Part shown: positions 15,001 to 27,000 of the stretch, in pieces
Layout: every line of letters starts with the position of its first letter
Numbering within the stretch: position 1 is the first letter of the stretch
DNA from: Rebecca billardiae RCC1528
Taxonomy: Eukaryota > Protista > Haptophyta
NCBI GenBank assembly: GCA_965240325.2
Contig: OZ251226.1
Location: forward strand, 1,488,001 to 1,552,000
Reading direction: 5' to 3'
Length of the DNA: 64,000 nt
Made by a program: the position numbers and the translations under genes
The notes under the pieces: model-generated
Told to the model about the DNA's origin: nothing
What the model saw: the letters and a program-made list of their open reading frames with translations, nothing else
The model's database searches: none

Positions 15001-18000
15001 GACGCTGCAGGCTCGTCTCAGAATCAAGCGTCCACTGCAGCTTCGTGAACAGCGACTGCGCCGAGCGGAACTGACGCTCCTTCGCGCCCTCGTCCACGTG
15101 CACCACGTCCGCCGTGAACGTCGACGGCTGCGCAGACGCCGGCATGCGCCGCGGAAGCAGCCCGCGCAGCGTCGACAGCGCCTGCTGCTCCTCCGCCGTC
15201 TGCTCCTCCGCGCACGACAGCACGCCCAGCGAGTACCGGTACTCGCCGTTCGTGTCCATCACCGGCGTGAGCGACAGGTCGTTCGTGAAGCGAGAGCCGT
15301 TCTTGCGGTAGTTCGTCACCTTCACAAGAAGCTCCTTCTTCTTGCGCAGCGCGCGGACCATCTTCGACACGATGTTCGGCTCCGTCCGGTCGCCCTGCAA
15401 GAAGCGGCAGTTCCGGCCCTCCACCTCGTACTTCGGGTAGCCGGTCACGCGAGCGAAGCCGCCGTTGCAGTACATCACCGTCACGCCCGGCACCGTCATG
15501 TCCGTGATCGCCACCGCGATCTGCAGCGGCTCCACAGCCGCCTTGAGCGCGCCGAGCCACGTGCCGTCGCCCGCACGAGGTACCGAGCCGCGACCCTCGC
15601 CCGCCGCGCGCAGTGCCTCCAAGATCTCCAGCGTCGGCTGAGGAAGGCTGAACGCGCCGCCGCCGCTGCCGCCGCCCATGCCGCCGCCGCCCATGGCGCT
15701 CATCGGCTGCTGCGGCTGCATCGGCTGCTGCTGCTGCTGCATCGGCTGCTGCTGCTGCATCGGCTGCTGCTGCATCATCGGCTGCTGCTGCATCATCGGC
15801 TGCTGCTGCTGCTGCATCGGCTGCTGCTGCATCATCGGCTGCTGCATCCCCATGCCCATCATCTGCGCGGGCGCGGCCGCCATCGTCGGCGCCATCGGCG
15901 TCTCCTCAAACGGCAGGCTGCCGCCAGAGATCTCCGCCATCATCTCGTCGTGGTGGTCGGCGAAGCGGTCCTCGCCCTGCATGTCGAGCGCGGTCGGCGG
16001 CATCGTCGCACTCGACTCGAGCGCCTGCTTCAGCAGCTCGTCCTCCGTCTTGCCCATCTCCTTGGGCAGACGCTCCTTGCGGTGCTTCGGACCCACCTGA
16101 TCCGAGCGGTGCGACACCTCCACCTCCGACGGCAGCAGCTGCAGCAGCTGACCCAGCTTCGCCAACCGCTCCTTCATGTCGCTGCCGCCGCCAACCTCGA
16201 ACTGCACGCCAAAGCACAGGCGGTACACGCCGTTCGAGTCGTGCACCGGACGCATCGACAGCAGGTTCTGGAACGTCTCGCCGTTCTTGCGGTAGTTGGT
16301 GATCTTCACAAAGCAGTCCGCGCCGCGACGGAGCGTGTCCTGGATGATCGCCACAGACGCCGGCTCCGTGCGCGGGCCCTGCAAGAAGCGGCAGTTCCGA
16401 CCCTGCGCCTCGTGCTTCGCAAAGCCGGTCACGCGGCAGAAGTCGCGGTTCACGAACAACATCGGGTTGCCCGGCATCGCCATGTCCGAAAGCACGATGC
16501 ACGCCGGGAACGTCTCCGCGAACGCGACGAATGAGTGGATGAAGCCAGCCATGTCCTCCGGGACCTTGTACTTGTCCCAGATCAGGTCCTTGCGCTGCTT
16601 GATGCGCTGGCCCGCCACAGAGGCCTCCACGATCGACTCGCACGCCGGCGAGCGCACGAACCGAGCAAGCGCGTCGCTCGCAAGCTTCTTGCCGATCTCG
16701 GACACCTTCTCCTCCACGGCGCGCATGTCCATCGACTTGGCCTGCGCAGAGCTCAGACCGAGGTGCTTCTCCAGCACGGTGCGCTTACGCACGTCGCGTG
16801 ACGCGCCCGCCGCCATGCCGCTCAGCTTGCGCGCCTCCGACCAGAACTCGAGCTCGCGGTCCTCCTTCGTCTCCTTCAAGAACCCGCGGAAGGCGTCGTA
16901 CGACTGCGGGTCCTCCGTCAGACGCTGCAGGCTCGTCTCAGAATCAAGCGTCCACTGCAGCTTCGTGAACAGCGACTGCGCCGAGCGGAACTGACGCTCC
17001 TTCGCGCCCTCGTCCACGTGCACCACGTCCGCCGTGAACGTCGACGGCTGCGCAGACGCCGGCATGCGCCGCGGAAGCAGCCCGCGCAGCGTCGACAGCG
17101 CCTGCTGCTCCTCCGCCGTCTGCTCCTCCGCGCACGACAGCACGCCCAGCGAGTACCGGTACTCGCCGTTCGTGTCCATCACCGGCGTGAGCGACAGGTC
17201 GTTCGTGAAGCGAGAGCCGTTCTTGCGGTAGTTCGTCACCTTCACAAGAAGCTCCTTCTTCTTGCGCAGCGCGCGGACCATCTTCGACACGATGTTCGGC
17301 TCCGTCCGGTCGCCCTGCAAGAAGCGGCAGTTCCGGCCCTCCACCTCGTACTTCGGGTAGCCGGTCACGCGAGCGAAGCCGCCGTTGCAGTACATCACCG
17401 TCACGCCCGGCACCGTCATGTCCGTGATCGCCACCGCGATCTGCAGCGGCTCCACAGCCGCCTTGAGCGCGCCGAGCCACGTGCCGTCGCCCGCACGAGG
17501 TACCGAGCCGCGACCCTCGCCCGCCGCGCGCAGTGCCTCCAAGATCTCCAGCGTCGGCTGAGGAAGGCTGAACGCGCCGCCGCCGCTGCCGCCGCCCATG
17601 CCGCCGCCGCCCATGGCGCTCATCGGCTGCTGCGGCTGCATCGGCTGCTGCTGCTGCTGCATCGGCTGCTGCTGCTGCATCGGCTGCTGCTGCATCATCG
17701 GCTGCTGCTGCATCATCGGCTGCTGCTGCTGCTGCATCGGCTGCTGCTGCATCATCGGCTGCTGCATCCCCATGCCCATCATCTGCGCGGGCGCGGCCGC
17801 CATCGTCGGCGCCATCGGCGTCTCCTCAAACGGCAGGCTGCCGCCAGAGATCTCCGCCATCATCTCGTCGTGGTGGTCGGCGAAGCGGTCCTCGCCCTGC
17901 ATGTCGAGCGCGGTCGGCGGCATCGTCGCACTCGACTCGAGCGCCTGCTTCAGCAGCTCGTCCTCCGTCTTGCCCATCTCCTTGGGCAGACGCTCCTTGC

Positions 18001-21000
18001 GGTGCTTCGGACCCACCTGATCCGAGCGGTGCGACACCTCCACCTCCGACGGCAGCAGCTGCAGCAGCTGACCCAGCTTCGCCAACCGCTCCTTCATGTC
18101 GCTGCCGCCGCCAACCTCGAACTGCACGCCAAAGCACAAGCGGTACACGCCGTTCGAGTCGTGCACCGGACGCATCGACAGCAGGTTCTGGAACGTCTCG
18201 CCGTTCTTGCGGTAGTTGGTGATCTTCACAAAGCAGTCCGCGCCGCGGCGGAGCGTGTCCTGGATGATCGCCACAGACGCCGGCTCCGTGCGCGGGCCCT
18301 GCAAGAAGCGGCAGTTCCGACCCTGCGCCTCGTGCTTCGCAAAGCCGGTCACGCGGCAGAAGTCGCGGTTCACGAACAACATCGGGTTGCCCGGCATCGC
18401 CATGTCCGAAAGCACGATGCACGCCGGGAACGTCTCCGCGAACGCGACGAACGAGTGGATGAAGCCAGCCATGTCCTCCGGGACCTTGTACTTGTCCCAG
18501 ATCAGGTCCTTGCGCTGCTTGATGCGCTGGCCCGCCACAGAGGCCTCCACGATCGACTCGCACGCCGGCGAGCGCACGAACCGAGCAAGCGCGTCGCTCG
18601 CAAGCTTCTTGCCGATCTCGGACACCTTCTCCTCCACGGCGCGCATGTCCATCGACTTGGCCTGCGCAGAGCTCAGACCGAGGTGCTTCTCCAGCACGGT
18701 GCGCTTACGCACGTCGCGTGACGCGCCCGCCGCCATGCCGCTCAGCTTGCGCGCCTCCGACCAGAACTCGAGCTCGCGGTCCTCCTTCGTCTCCTTCAAG
18801 AACCCGCGGAAGGCGTCGTACGACTGCGGGTCCTCCGTCAGACGCTGCAGGCTCGTCTCAGAATCAAGCGTCCACTGCAGCTTCGTGAACAGCGACTGCG
18901 CCGAGCGGAACTGACGCTCCTTCGCGCCCTCGTCCACGTGCACCACGTCCGCCGTGAACGTCGACGGCTGCGCAGACGCCGGCATGCGCCGCGGAAGCAG
19001 CCCGCGCAGCGTCGACAGCGCCTGCTGCTCCTCCGCCGTCTGCTCCTCCGCGCACGACAGCACGCCCAGCGAGTACCGGTACTCGCCGTTCGTGTCCATC
19101 ACCGGCGTGAGCGACAGGTCGTTCGTGAAGCGAGAGCCGTTCTTGCGGTAGTTCGTCACCTTCACAAGAAGCTCCTTCTTCTTGCGCAGCGCGCGGACCA
19201 TCTTCGACACGATGTTCGGCTCCGTCCGGTCGCCCTGCAAGAAGCGGCAGTTCCGGCCCTCCACCTCGTACTTCGGGTAGCCGGTCACGCGAGCGAAGCC
19301 GCCGTTGCAGTACATCACCGTCACGCCCGGCACCGTCATGTCCGTGATCGCCACCGCGATCTGCAGCGGCTCCACAGCCGCCTTGAGCGCGCCGAGCCAC
19401 GTGCCGTCGCCCGCACGAGGTACCGAGCCGCGACCCTCGCCCGCCGCGCGCAGTGCCTCCAAGATCTCCAGCGTCGGCTGAGGAAGGCTGAACGCGCCGC
19501 CGCCGCCGCCGCCGCCCATGCCGCCGCCGCCCATGGCGCTCATCGGCTGCTGCGGCTGCATCGGCTGCTGCTGCTGCTGCATCGGCTGCTGCTGCTGCAT
19601 CGGCTGCTGCTGCATCATCGGCTGCTGCTGCATCATCGGCTGCTGCTGCTGCTGCATCGGCTGCTGCTGCATCATCGGCTGCTGCATCCCCATGCCCATC
19701 ATCTGCGCGGGCGCGGCCGCCATCGTCGGCGCCATCGGCGTCTCCTCAAACGGCAGGCTGCCGCCAGAGATCTCCGCCATCATCTCGTCGTGGTGGTCGG
19801 CGAAGCGGTCCTCGCCCTGCATGTCGAGCGCGGTCGGCGGCATCGTCGCACTCGACTCGAGCGCCTGCTTCAGCAGCTCGTCCTCCGTCTTGCCCATCTC
19901 CTTGGGCAGACGCTCCTTGCGGTGCTTCGGACCCACCTGATCCGAGCGGTGCGACACCTCCACCTCCGACGGCAGCAGCTGCAGCAGCTGACCCAGCTTC
20001 GCCAACCGCTCCTTCATGTCGCTGCCGCCGCCAACCTCGAACTGCACGCCAAAGCACAAGCGGTACACGCCGTTCGAGTCGTGCACCGGACGCATCGACA
20101 GCAGGTTCTGGAACGTCTCGCCGTTCTTGCGGTAGTTGGTGATCTTCACAAAGCAGTCCGCGCCGCGGCGGAGCGTGTCCTGGATGATCGCCACAGACGC
20201 CGGCTCCGTGCGCGGGCCCTGCAAGAAGCGGCAGTTCCGACCCTGCGCCTCGTGCTTCGCAAAGCCGGTCACGCGGCAGAAGTCGCGGTTCACGAACAAC
20301 ATCGGATTGCCCGGCATCGCCATGTCCGAAAGCACGATGCACGCCGGGAACGTCTCCGCGAACGCGACGAACGAGTGGATGAAGCCAGCCATGTCCTCCG
20401 GGACCTTGTACTTGTCCCAGATCAGGTCCTTGCGCTGCTTGATGCGCTGGCCCGCCACAGAGGCCTCCACGATCGACTCGCACGCCGGCGAGCGCACGAA
20501 CCGAGCAAGCGCGTCGCTCGCAAGCTTCTTGCCGATCTCGGACACCTTCTCCTCCACGGCGCGCATGTCCATCGACTTGGCCTGCGCAGAGCTCAGACCG
20601 AGGTGCTTCTCCAGCACGGTGCGCTTACGCACGTCGCGTGACGCGCCCGCCGCCATGCCGCTCAGCTTGCGCGCCTCCGACCAGAACTCGAGCTCGCGGT
20701 CCTCCTTCGTCTCCTTCAAGAACCCGCGGAAGGCGTCGTACGACTGCGGGTCCTCCGTCAGACGCTGCAGGCTCGTCTCAGAATCAAGCGTCCACTGCAG
20801 CTTCGTGAACAGCGACTGCGCCGAGCGGAACTGACGCTCCTTCGCGCCCTCGTCCACGTGCACCACGTCCGCCGTGAACGTCGACGGCTGCGCAGACGCC
20901 GGCATGCGCCGCGGAAGCAGCCCGCGCAGCGTCGACAGCGCCTGCTGCTCCTCCGCCGTCTGCTCCTCCGCGCACGACAGCACGCCCAGCGAGTACCGGT

Positions 21001-24000
21001 ACTCGCCGTTCGTGTCCATCACCGGCGTGAGCGACAGGTCGTTCGTGAAGCGAGAGCCGTTCTTGCGGTAGTTCGTCACCTTCACAAGAAGCTCCTTCTT
21101 CTTGCGCAGCGCGCGGACCATCTTCGACACGATGTTCGGCTCCGTCCGGTCGCCCTGCAAGAAGCGGCAGTTCCGGCCCTCCACCTCGTACTTCGGGTAG
21201 CCGGTCACGCGAGCGAAGCCGCCGTTGCAGTACATCACCGTCACGCCCGGCACCGTCATGTCCGTGATCGCCACCGCGATCTGCAGCGGCTCCACAGCCG
21301 CCTTGAGCGCGCCGAGCCACGTGCCGTCGCCCGCACGAGGTACCGAGCCGCGACCCTCGCCCGCCGCGCGCAGTGCCTCCAAGATCTCCAGCGTCGGCTG
21401 AGGAAGGCTGAACGCGCCGCCGCCGCCGCCGCCGCCCATGCCGCCGCCGCCCATGGCGCTCATCGGCTGCTGCGGCTGCATCGGCTGCTGCTGCTGCTGC
21501 ATCGGCTGCTGCTGCTGCATCGGCTGCTGCTGCATCATCGGCTGCTGCTGCATCATCGGCTGCTGCTGCTGCTGCATCGGCTGCTGCTGCATCATCGGCT
21601 GCTGCATCCCCATGTCCATCATCTGCGCGGGCGCGGCCGCCATCGTCGGCGCCATCGGCGTCTCCTCAAACGGCAGGCTGCCGCCAGAGATCTCCGCCAT
21701 CATCTCGTCGTGGTGGTCGGCGAAGCGGTCCTCGCCCTGCATGTCGAGCGCGGTCGGCGGCATCGTCGCACTCGACTCGAGCGCCTGCTTCAGCAGCTCG
21801 TCCTCCGTCTTGCCCATCTCCTTGGGCAGACGCTCCTTGCGGTGCTTCGGACCCACCTGATCCGAGCGGTGCGACACCTCCACCTCCGACGGCAGCAGCT
21901 GCAGCAGCTGACCCAGCTTCGCCAACCGCTCCTTCATGTCGCTGCCGCCGCCAACCTCGAACTGCACGCCAAAGCACAAGCGGTACACGCCGTTCGAGTC
22001 GTGCACCGGACGCATCGACAGCAGGTTCTGGAACGTCTCGCCGTTCTTGCGGTAGTTGGTGATCTTCACAAAGCAGTCCGCGCCGCGGCGGAGCGTGTCC
22101 TGGATGATCGCCACAGACGCCGGCTCCGTGCGCGGGCCCTGCAAGAAGCGGCAGTTCCGACCCTGCGCCTCGTGCTTCGCAAAGCCGGTCACGCGGCAGA
22201 AGTCGCGGTTCACGAACAACATCGGGTTGCCCGGCATCGCCATGTCCGAAAGCACGATGCACGCCGGGAACGTCTCCGCGAACGCGACGAACGAGTGGAT
22301 GAAGCCAGCCATGTCCTCCGGGACCTTGTACTTGTCCCAGATCAGGTCCTTGCGCTGCTTGATGCGCTGGCCCGCCACAGAGGCCTCCACGATCGACTCG
22401 CACGCCGGCGAGCGCACGAACCGAGCAAGCGCGTCGCTCGCAAGCTTCTTGCCGATCTCGGACACCTTCTCCTCCACGGCGCGCATGTCCATCGACTTGG
22501 CCTGCGCAGAGCTCAGACCGAGGTGCTTCTCCAGCACGGTGCGCTTACGCACGTCGCGTGACGCGCCCGCCGCCATGCCGCTCAGCTTGCGCGCCTCCGA
22601 CCAGAACTCGAGCTCGCGGTCCTCCTTCGTCTCCTTCAAGAACCCGCGGAAGGCGTCGTACGACTGCGGGTCCTCCGTCAGACGCTGCAGGCTCGTCTCA
22701 GAATCAAGCGTCCACTGCAGCTTCGTGAACAGCGACTGCGCCGAGCGGAACTGACGCTCCTTCGCGCCCTCGTCCACGTGCACCACGTCCGCCGTGAACG
22801 TCGACGGCTGCGCAGACGCCGGCATGCGCCGCGGAAGCAGCCCGCGCAGCGTCGACAGCGCCTGCTGCTCCTCCGCCGTCTGCTCCTCCGCGCACGACAG
22901 CACGCCCAGCGAGTACCGGTACTCGCCGTTCGTGTCCATCACCGGCGTGAGCGACAGGTCGTTCGTGAAGCGAGAGCCGTTCTTGCGGTAGTTCGTCACC
23001 TTCACAAGAAGCTCCTTCTTCTTGCGCAGCGCGCGGACCATCTTCGACACGATGTTCGGCTCCGTCCGGTCGCCCTGCAAGAAGCGGCAGTTCCGGCCCT
23101 CCACCTCGTACTTCGGGTAGCCGGTCACGCGAGCGAAGCCGCCGTTGCAGTACATCACCGTCACGCCCGGCACCGTCATGTCCGTGATCGCCACCGCGAT
23201 CTGCAGCGGCTCCACAGCCGCCTTGAGCGCGCCGAGCCACGTGCCGTCGCCCGCACGAGGTACCGAGCCGCGACCCTCGCCCGCCGCGCGCAGTGCCTCC
23301 AAGATCTCCAGCGTCGGCTGAGGAAGGCTGAACGCGCCGCCGCCGCCGCCGCCGCCCATGCCGCCGCCGCCCATGGCGCTCATCGGCTGCTGCGGCTGCA
23401 TCGGCTGCTGCTGCTGCTGCATCGGCTGCTGCTGCTGCATCGGCTGCTGCTGCATCATCGGCTGCTGCTGCATCATCGGCTGCTGCTGCTGCTGCATCGG
23501 CTGCTGCTGCATCATCGGCTGCTGCATCCCCATGCCCATCATCTGCGCGGGCGCGGCCGCCATCGTCGGCGCCATCGGCGTCTCCTCAAACGGCAGGCTG
23601 CCGCCAGAGATCTCCGCCATCATCTCGTCGTGGTGGTCGGCGAAGCGGTCCTCGCCCTGCATGTCGAGCGCGGTCGGCGGCATCGTCGCACTCGACTCGA
23701 GCGCCTGCTTCAGCAGCTCGTCCTCCGTCTTGCCCATCTCCTTGGGCAGACGCTCCTTGCGGTGCTTCGGACCCACCTGATCCGAGCGGTGCGACACCTC
23801 TACCTCCGACGGCAGCAGCTGCAGCAGCTGACCCAGCTTCGCCAACCGCTCCTTCATGTCGCTGCCGCCGCCAACCTCGAACTGCACGCCAAAGCATAGG
23901 CGGTACACGCCGTTCGAGTCGTGCACCGGACGCATCGACAGCAGGTTCTGGAACGTCTCGCCGTTCTTGCGGTAGTTGGTGATCTTCACAAAGCAGTCCG

Positions 24001-27000
24001 CGCCGCGGCGGAGCGTGTCCTGGATGATCGCCACAGACGCCGGCTCCGTGCGCGGGCCCTGCAAGAAGCGGCAGTTCCGACCCTGCGCCTCGTGCTTCGC
24101 AAAGCCCGTCACGCGGCAGAAGTCGCGGTTCACGAACAACATCGGGTTGCCCGGCATCGCCATGTCCGAAAGCACGATGCACGCCGGGAACGTCTCCGCG
24201 AACGCGACGAACGAGTGGATGAAGCCAGCCATGTCCTCCGGGACCTTGTACTTGTCCCAGATCAGGTCCTTGCGCTGCTTGATGCGCTGGCCCGCCACAG
24301 AGGCCTCCACGATCGACTCGCACGCCGGCGAGCGCACGAACCGAGCAAGCGCGTCGCTCGCAAGCTTCTTGCCGATCTCGGACACCTTCTCCTCCACGGC
24401 GCGCATGTCCATCGACTTGGCCTGCGCAGAGCTCAGACCGAGGTGCTTCTCCAGCACGGTGCGCTTACGCACGTCGCGTGACGCGCCCGCCGCCATGCCG
24501 CTCAGCTTGCGCGCCTCCGACCAGAACTCGAGCTCGCGGTCCTCCTTCGTCTCCTTCAAGAACCCGCGGAAGGCTTCGTACGACTGCGGGTCCTCCGTCA
24601 GACGCTGCAGGCTCGTCTCAGAATCAAGCGTCCACTGCAGCTTCGTGAACAGCGACTGCGCCGAGCGGAACTGACGCTCCTTCGCGCCCTCGTCCACGTG
24701 CACCACGTCCGCCGTGAACGTCGACGGCTGCGCAGACGCCGGCATGCGCCGCGGAAGCAGCCCGCGCAGCGTCGACAGCGCCTGCTGCTCCTCCGCCGTC
24801 TGCTCCTCCGCGCACGACAGCACGCCCAGCGAGTACCGGTACTCGCCGTTCGTGTCCATCACCGGCGTGAGCGACAGGTCGTTCGTGAAGCGAGAGCCGT
24901 TCTTGCGGTAGTTCGTCACCTTCACAAGAAGCTCCTTCTTCTTGCGCAGCGCGCGGACCATCTTCGACACGATGTTCGGCTCCGTCCGGTCGCCCTGCAA
25001 GAAGCGGCAGTTCCGGCCCTCCACCTCGTACTTCGGGTAGCCGGTCACGCGAGCGAAGCCGCCGTTGCAGTACATCACCGTCACGCCCGGCACCGTCATG
25101 TCCGTGATCGCCACCGCGATCTGCAGCGGCTCCACAGCCGCCTTGAGCGCGCCGAGCCACGTGCCGTCGCCCGCACGAGGTACCGAGCCGCGACCCTCGC
25201 CCGCCGCGCGCAGTGCCTCCAAGATCTCCAGCGTCGGCTGAGGAAGGCTGAACGCGCCGCCGCCGCCGCCGCCGCCCATGCCGCCGCCGCCCATGGCGCT
25301 CATCGGCTGCTGCGGCTGCATCGGCTGCTGCTGCTGCTGCATCGGCTGCTGCTGCTGCATCGGCTGCTGCTGCATCATCGGCTGCTGCTGCATCATCGGC
25401 TGCTGCTGCTGCTGCATCGGCTGCTGCTGCATCATCGGCTGCTGCATCCCCATGCCCATCATCTGCGCGGGCGCGGCCGCCATCGTCGGCGCCATCGGCG
25501 TCTCCTCAAACGGCAGGCTGCCGCCAGAGATCTCCGCCATCATCTCGTCGTGGTGGTCGGCGAAGCGGTCCTCGCCCTGCATGTCGAGCGCGGTCGGCGG
25601 CATCGTCGCACTCGACTCGAGCGCCTGCTTCAGCAGCTCGTCCTCCGTCTTGCCCATCTCCTTGGGCAGACGCTCCTTGCGGTGCTTCGGACCCACCTGA
25701 TCCGAGCGGTGCGACACCTCCACCTCCGACGGCAGCAGCTGCAGCAGCTGACCCAGCTTCGCCAACCGCTCCTTCATGTCGCTGCCGCCGCCAACCTCGA
25801 ACTGCACGCCAAAGCATAGGCGGTACACGCCGTTCGAGTCGTGCACCGGACGCATCGACAGCAGGTTCTGGAACGTCTCGCCGTTCTTGCGGTAGTTGGT
25901 GATCTTCACAAAGCAGTCCGCGCCGCGGCGGAGCGTGTCCTGGATGATCGCCACAGACGCCGGCTCCGTGCGCGGGCCCTGCAAGAAGCGGCAGTTCCGA
26001 CCCTGCGCCTCGTGCTTCGCAAAGCCCGTCACGCGGCAGAAGTCGCGGTTCACGAACAACATCGGGTTGCCCGGCATCGCCATGTCCGAAAGCACGATGC
26101 ACGCCGGGAACGTCTCCGCGAACGCGACGAACGAGTGGATGAAGCCAGCCATGTCCTCCGGGACCTTGTACTTGTCCCAGATCAGGTCCTTGCGCTGCTT
26201 GATGCGCTGGCCCGCCACAGAGGCCTCCACGATCGACTCGCACGCCGGCGAGCGCACGAACCGAGCAAGCGCGTCGCTCGCAAGCTTCTTGCCGATCTCG
26301 GACACCTTCTCCTCCACGGCGCGCATGTCCATCGACTTGGCCTGCGCAGAGCTCAGACCGAGGTGCTTCTCCAGCACGGTGCGCTTACGCACGTCGCGTG
26401 ACGCGCCCGCCGCCATGCCGCTCAGCTTGCGCGCCTCCGACCAGAACTCGAGCTCGCGGTCCTCCTTCGTCTCCTTCAAGAACCCGCGGAAGGCATCGTA
26501 CGACTGCGGGTCCTCCGTCAGACGCTGCAGGCTCGTCTCAGAATCAAGCGTCCACTGCAGCTTCGTGAACAGCGACTGCGCCGAGCGGAACTGACGCTCC
26601 TTCGCGCCCTCGTCCACGTGCACCACGTCCGCCGTGAACGTCGACGGCTGCGCAGACGCCGGCATGCGCCGCGGAAGCAGCCCGCGCAGCGTCGACAGCG
26701 CCTGCTGCTCCTCCGCCGTCTGCTCCTCCGCGCACGACAGCACGCCCAACGAGTACCGGTACTCGCCGTTCGTGTCCATCACCGGCGTGAGCGACAGGTC
26801 GTTCGTGAAGCGAGAGCCGTTCTTGCGGTAGTTCGTCACCTTCACAAGAAGCTCCTTCTTCTTGCGCAGCGCGCGGACCATCTTCGACACGATGTTCGGC
26901 TCCGTCCGGTCGCCCTGCAAGAAGCGGCAGTTCCGGCCCTCCACCTCGTACTTCGGGTAGCCGGTCACGCGAGCGAAGCCGCCGTTGCAGTACATCACCG

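Noticed and set aside
4335-25700. Repeated Cys-rich IGCCCCIIG ORFs resembling metallothioneins or toxins
   Set aside because: Opposite-strand reading of the CAG/ATG/CCG linker repeat; no independent support.
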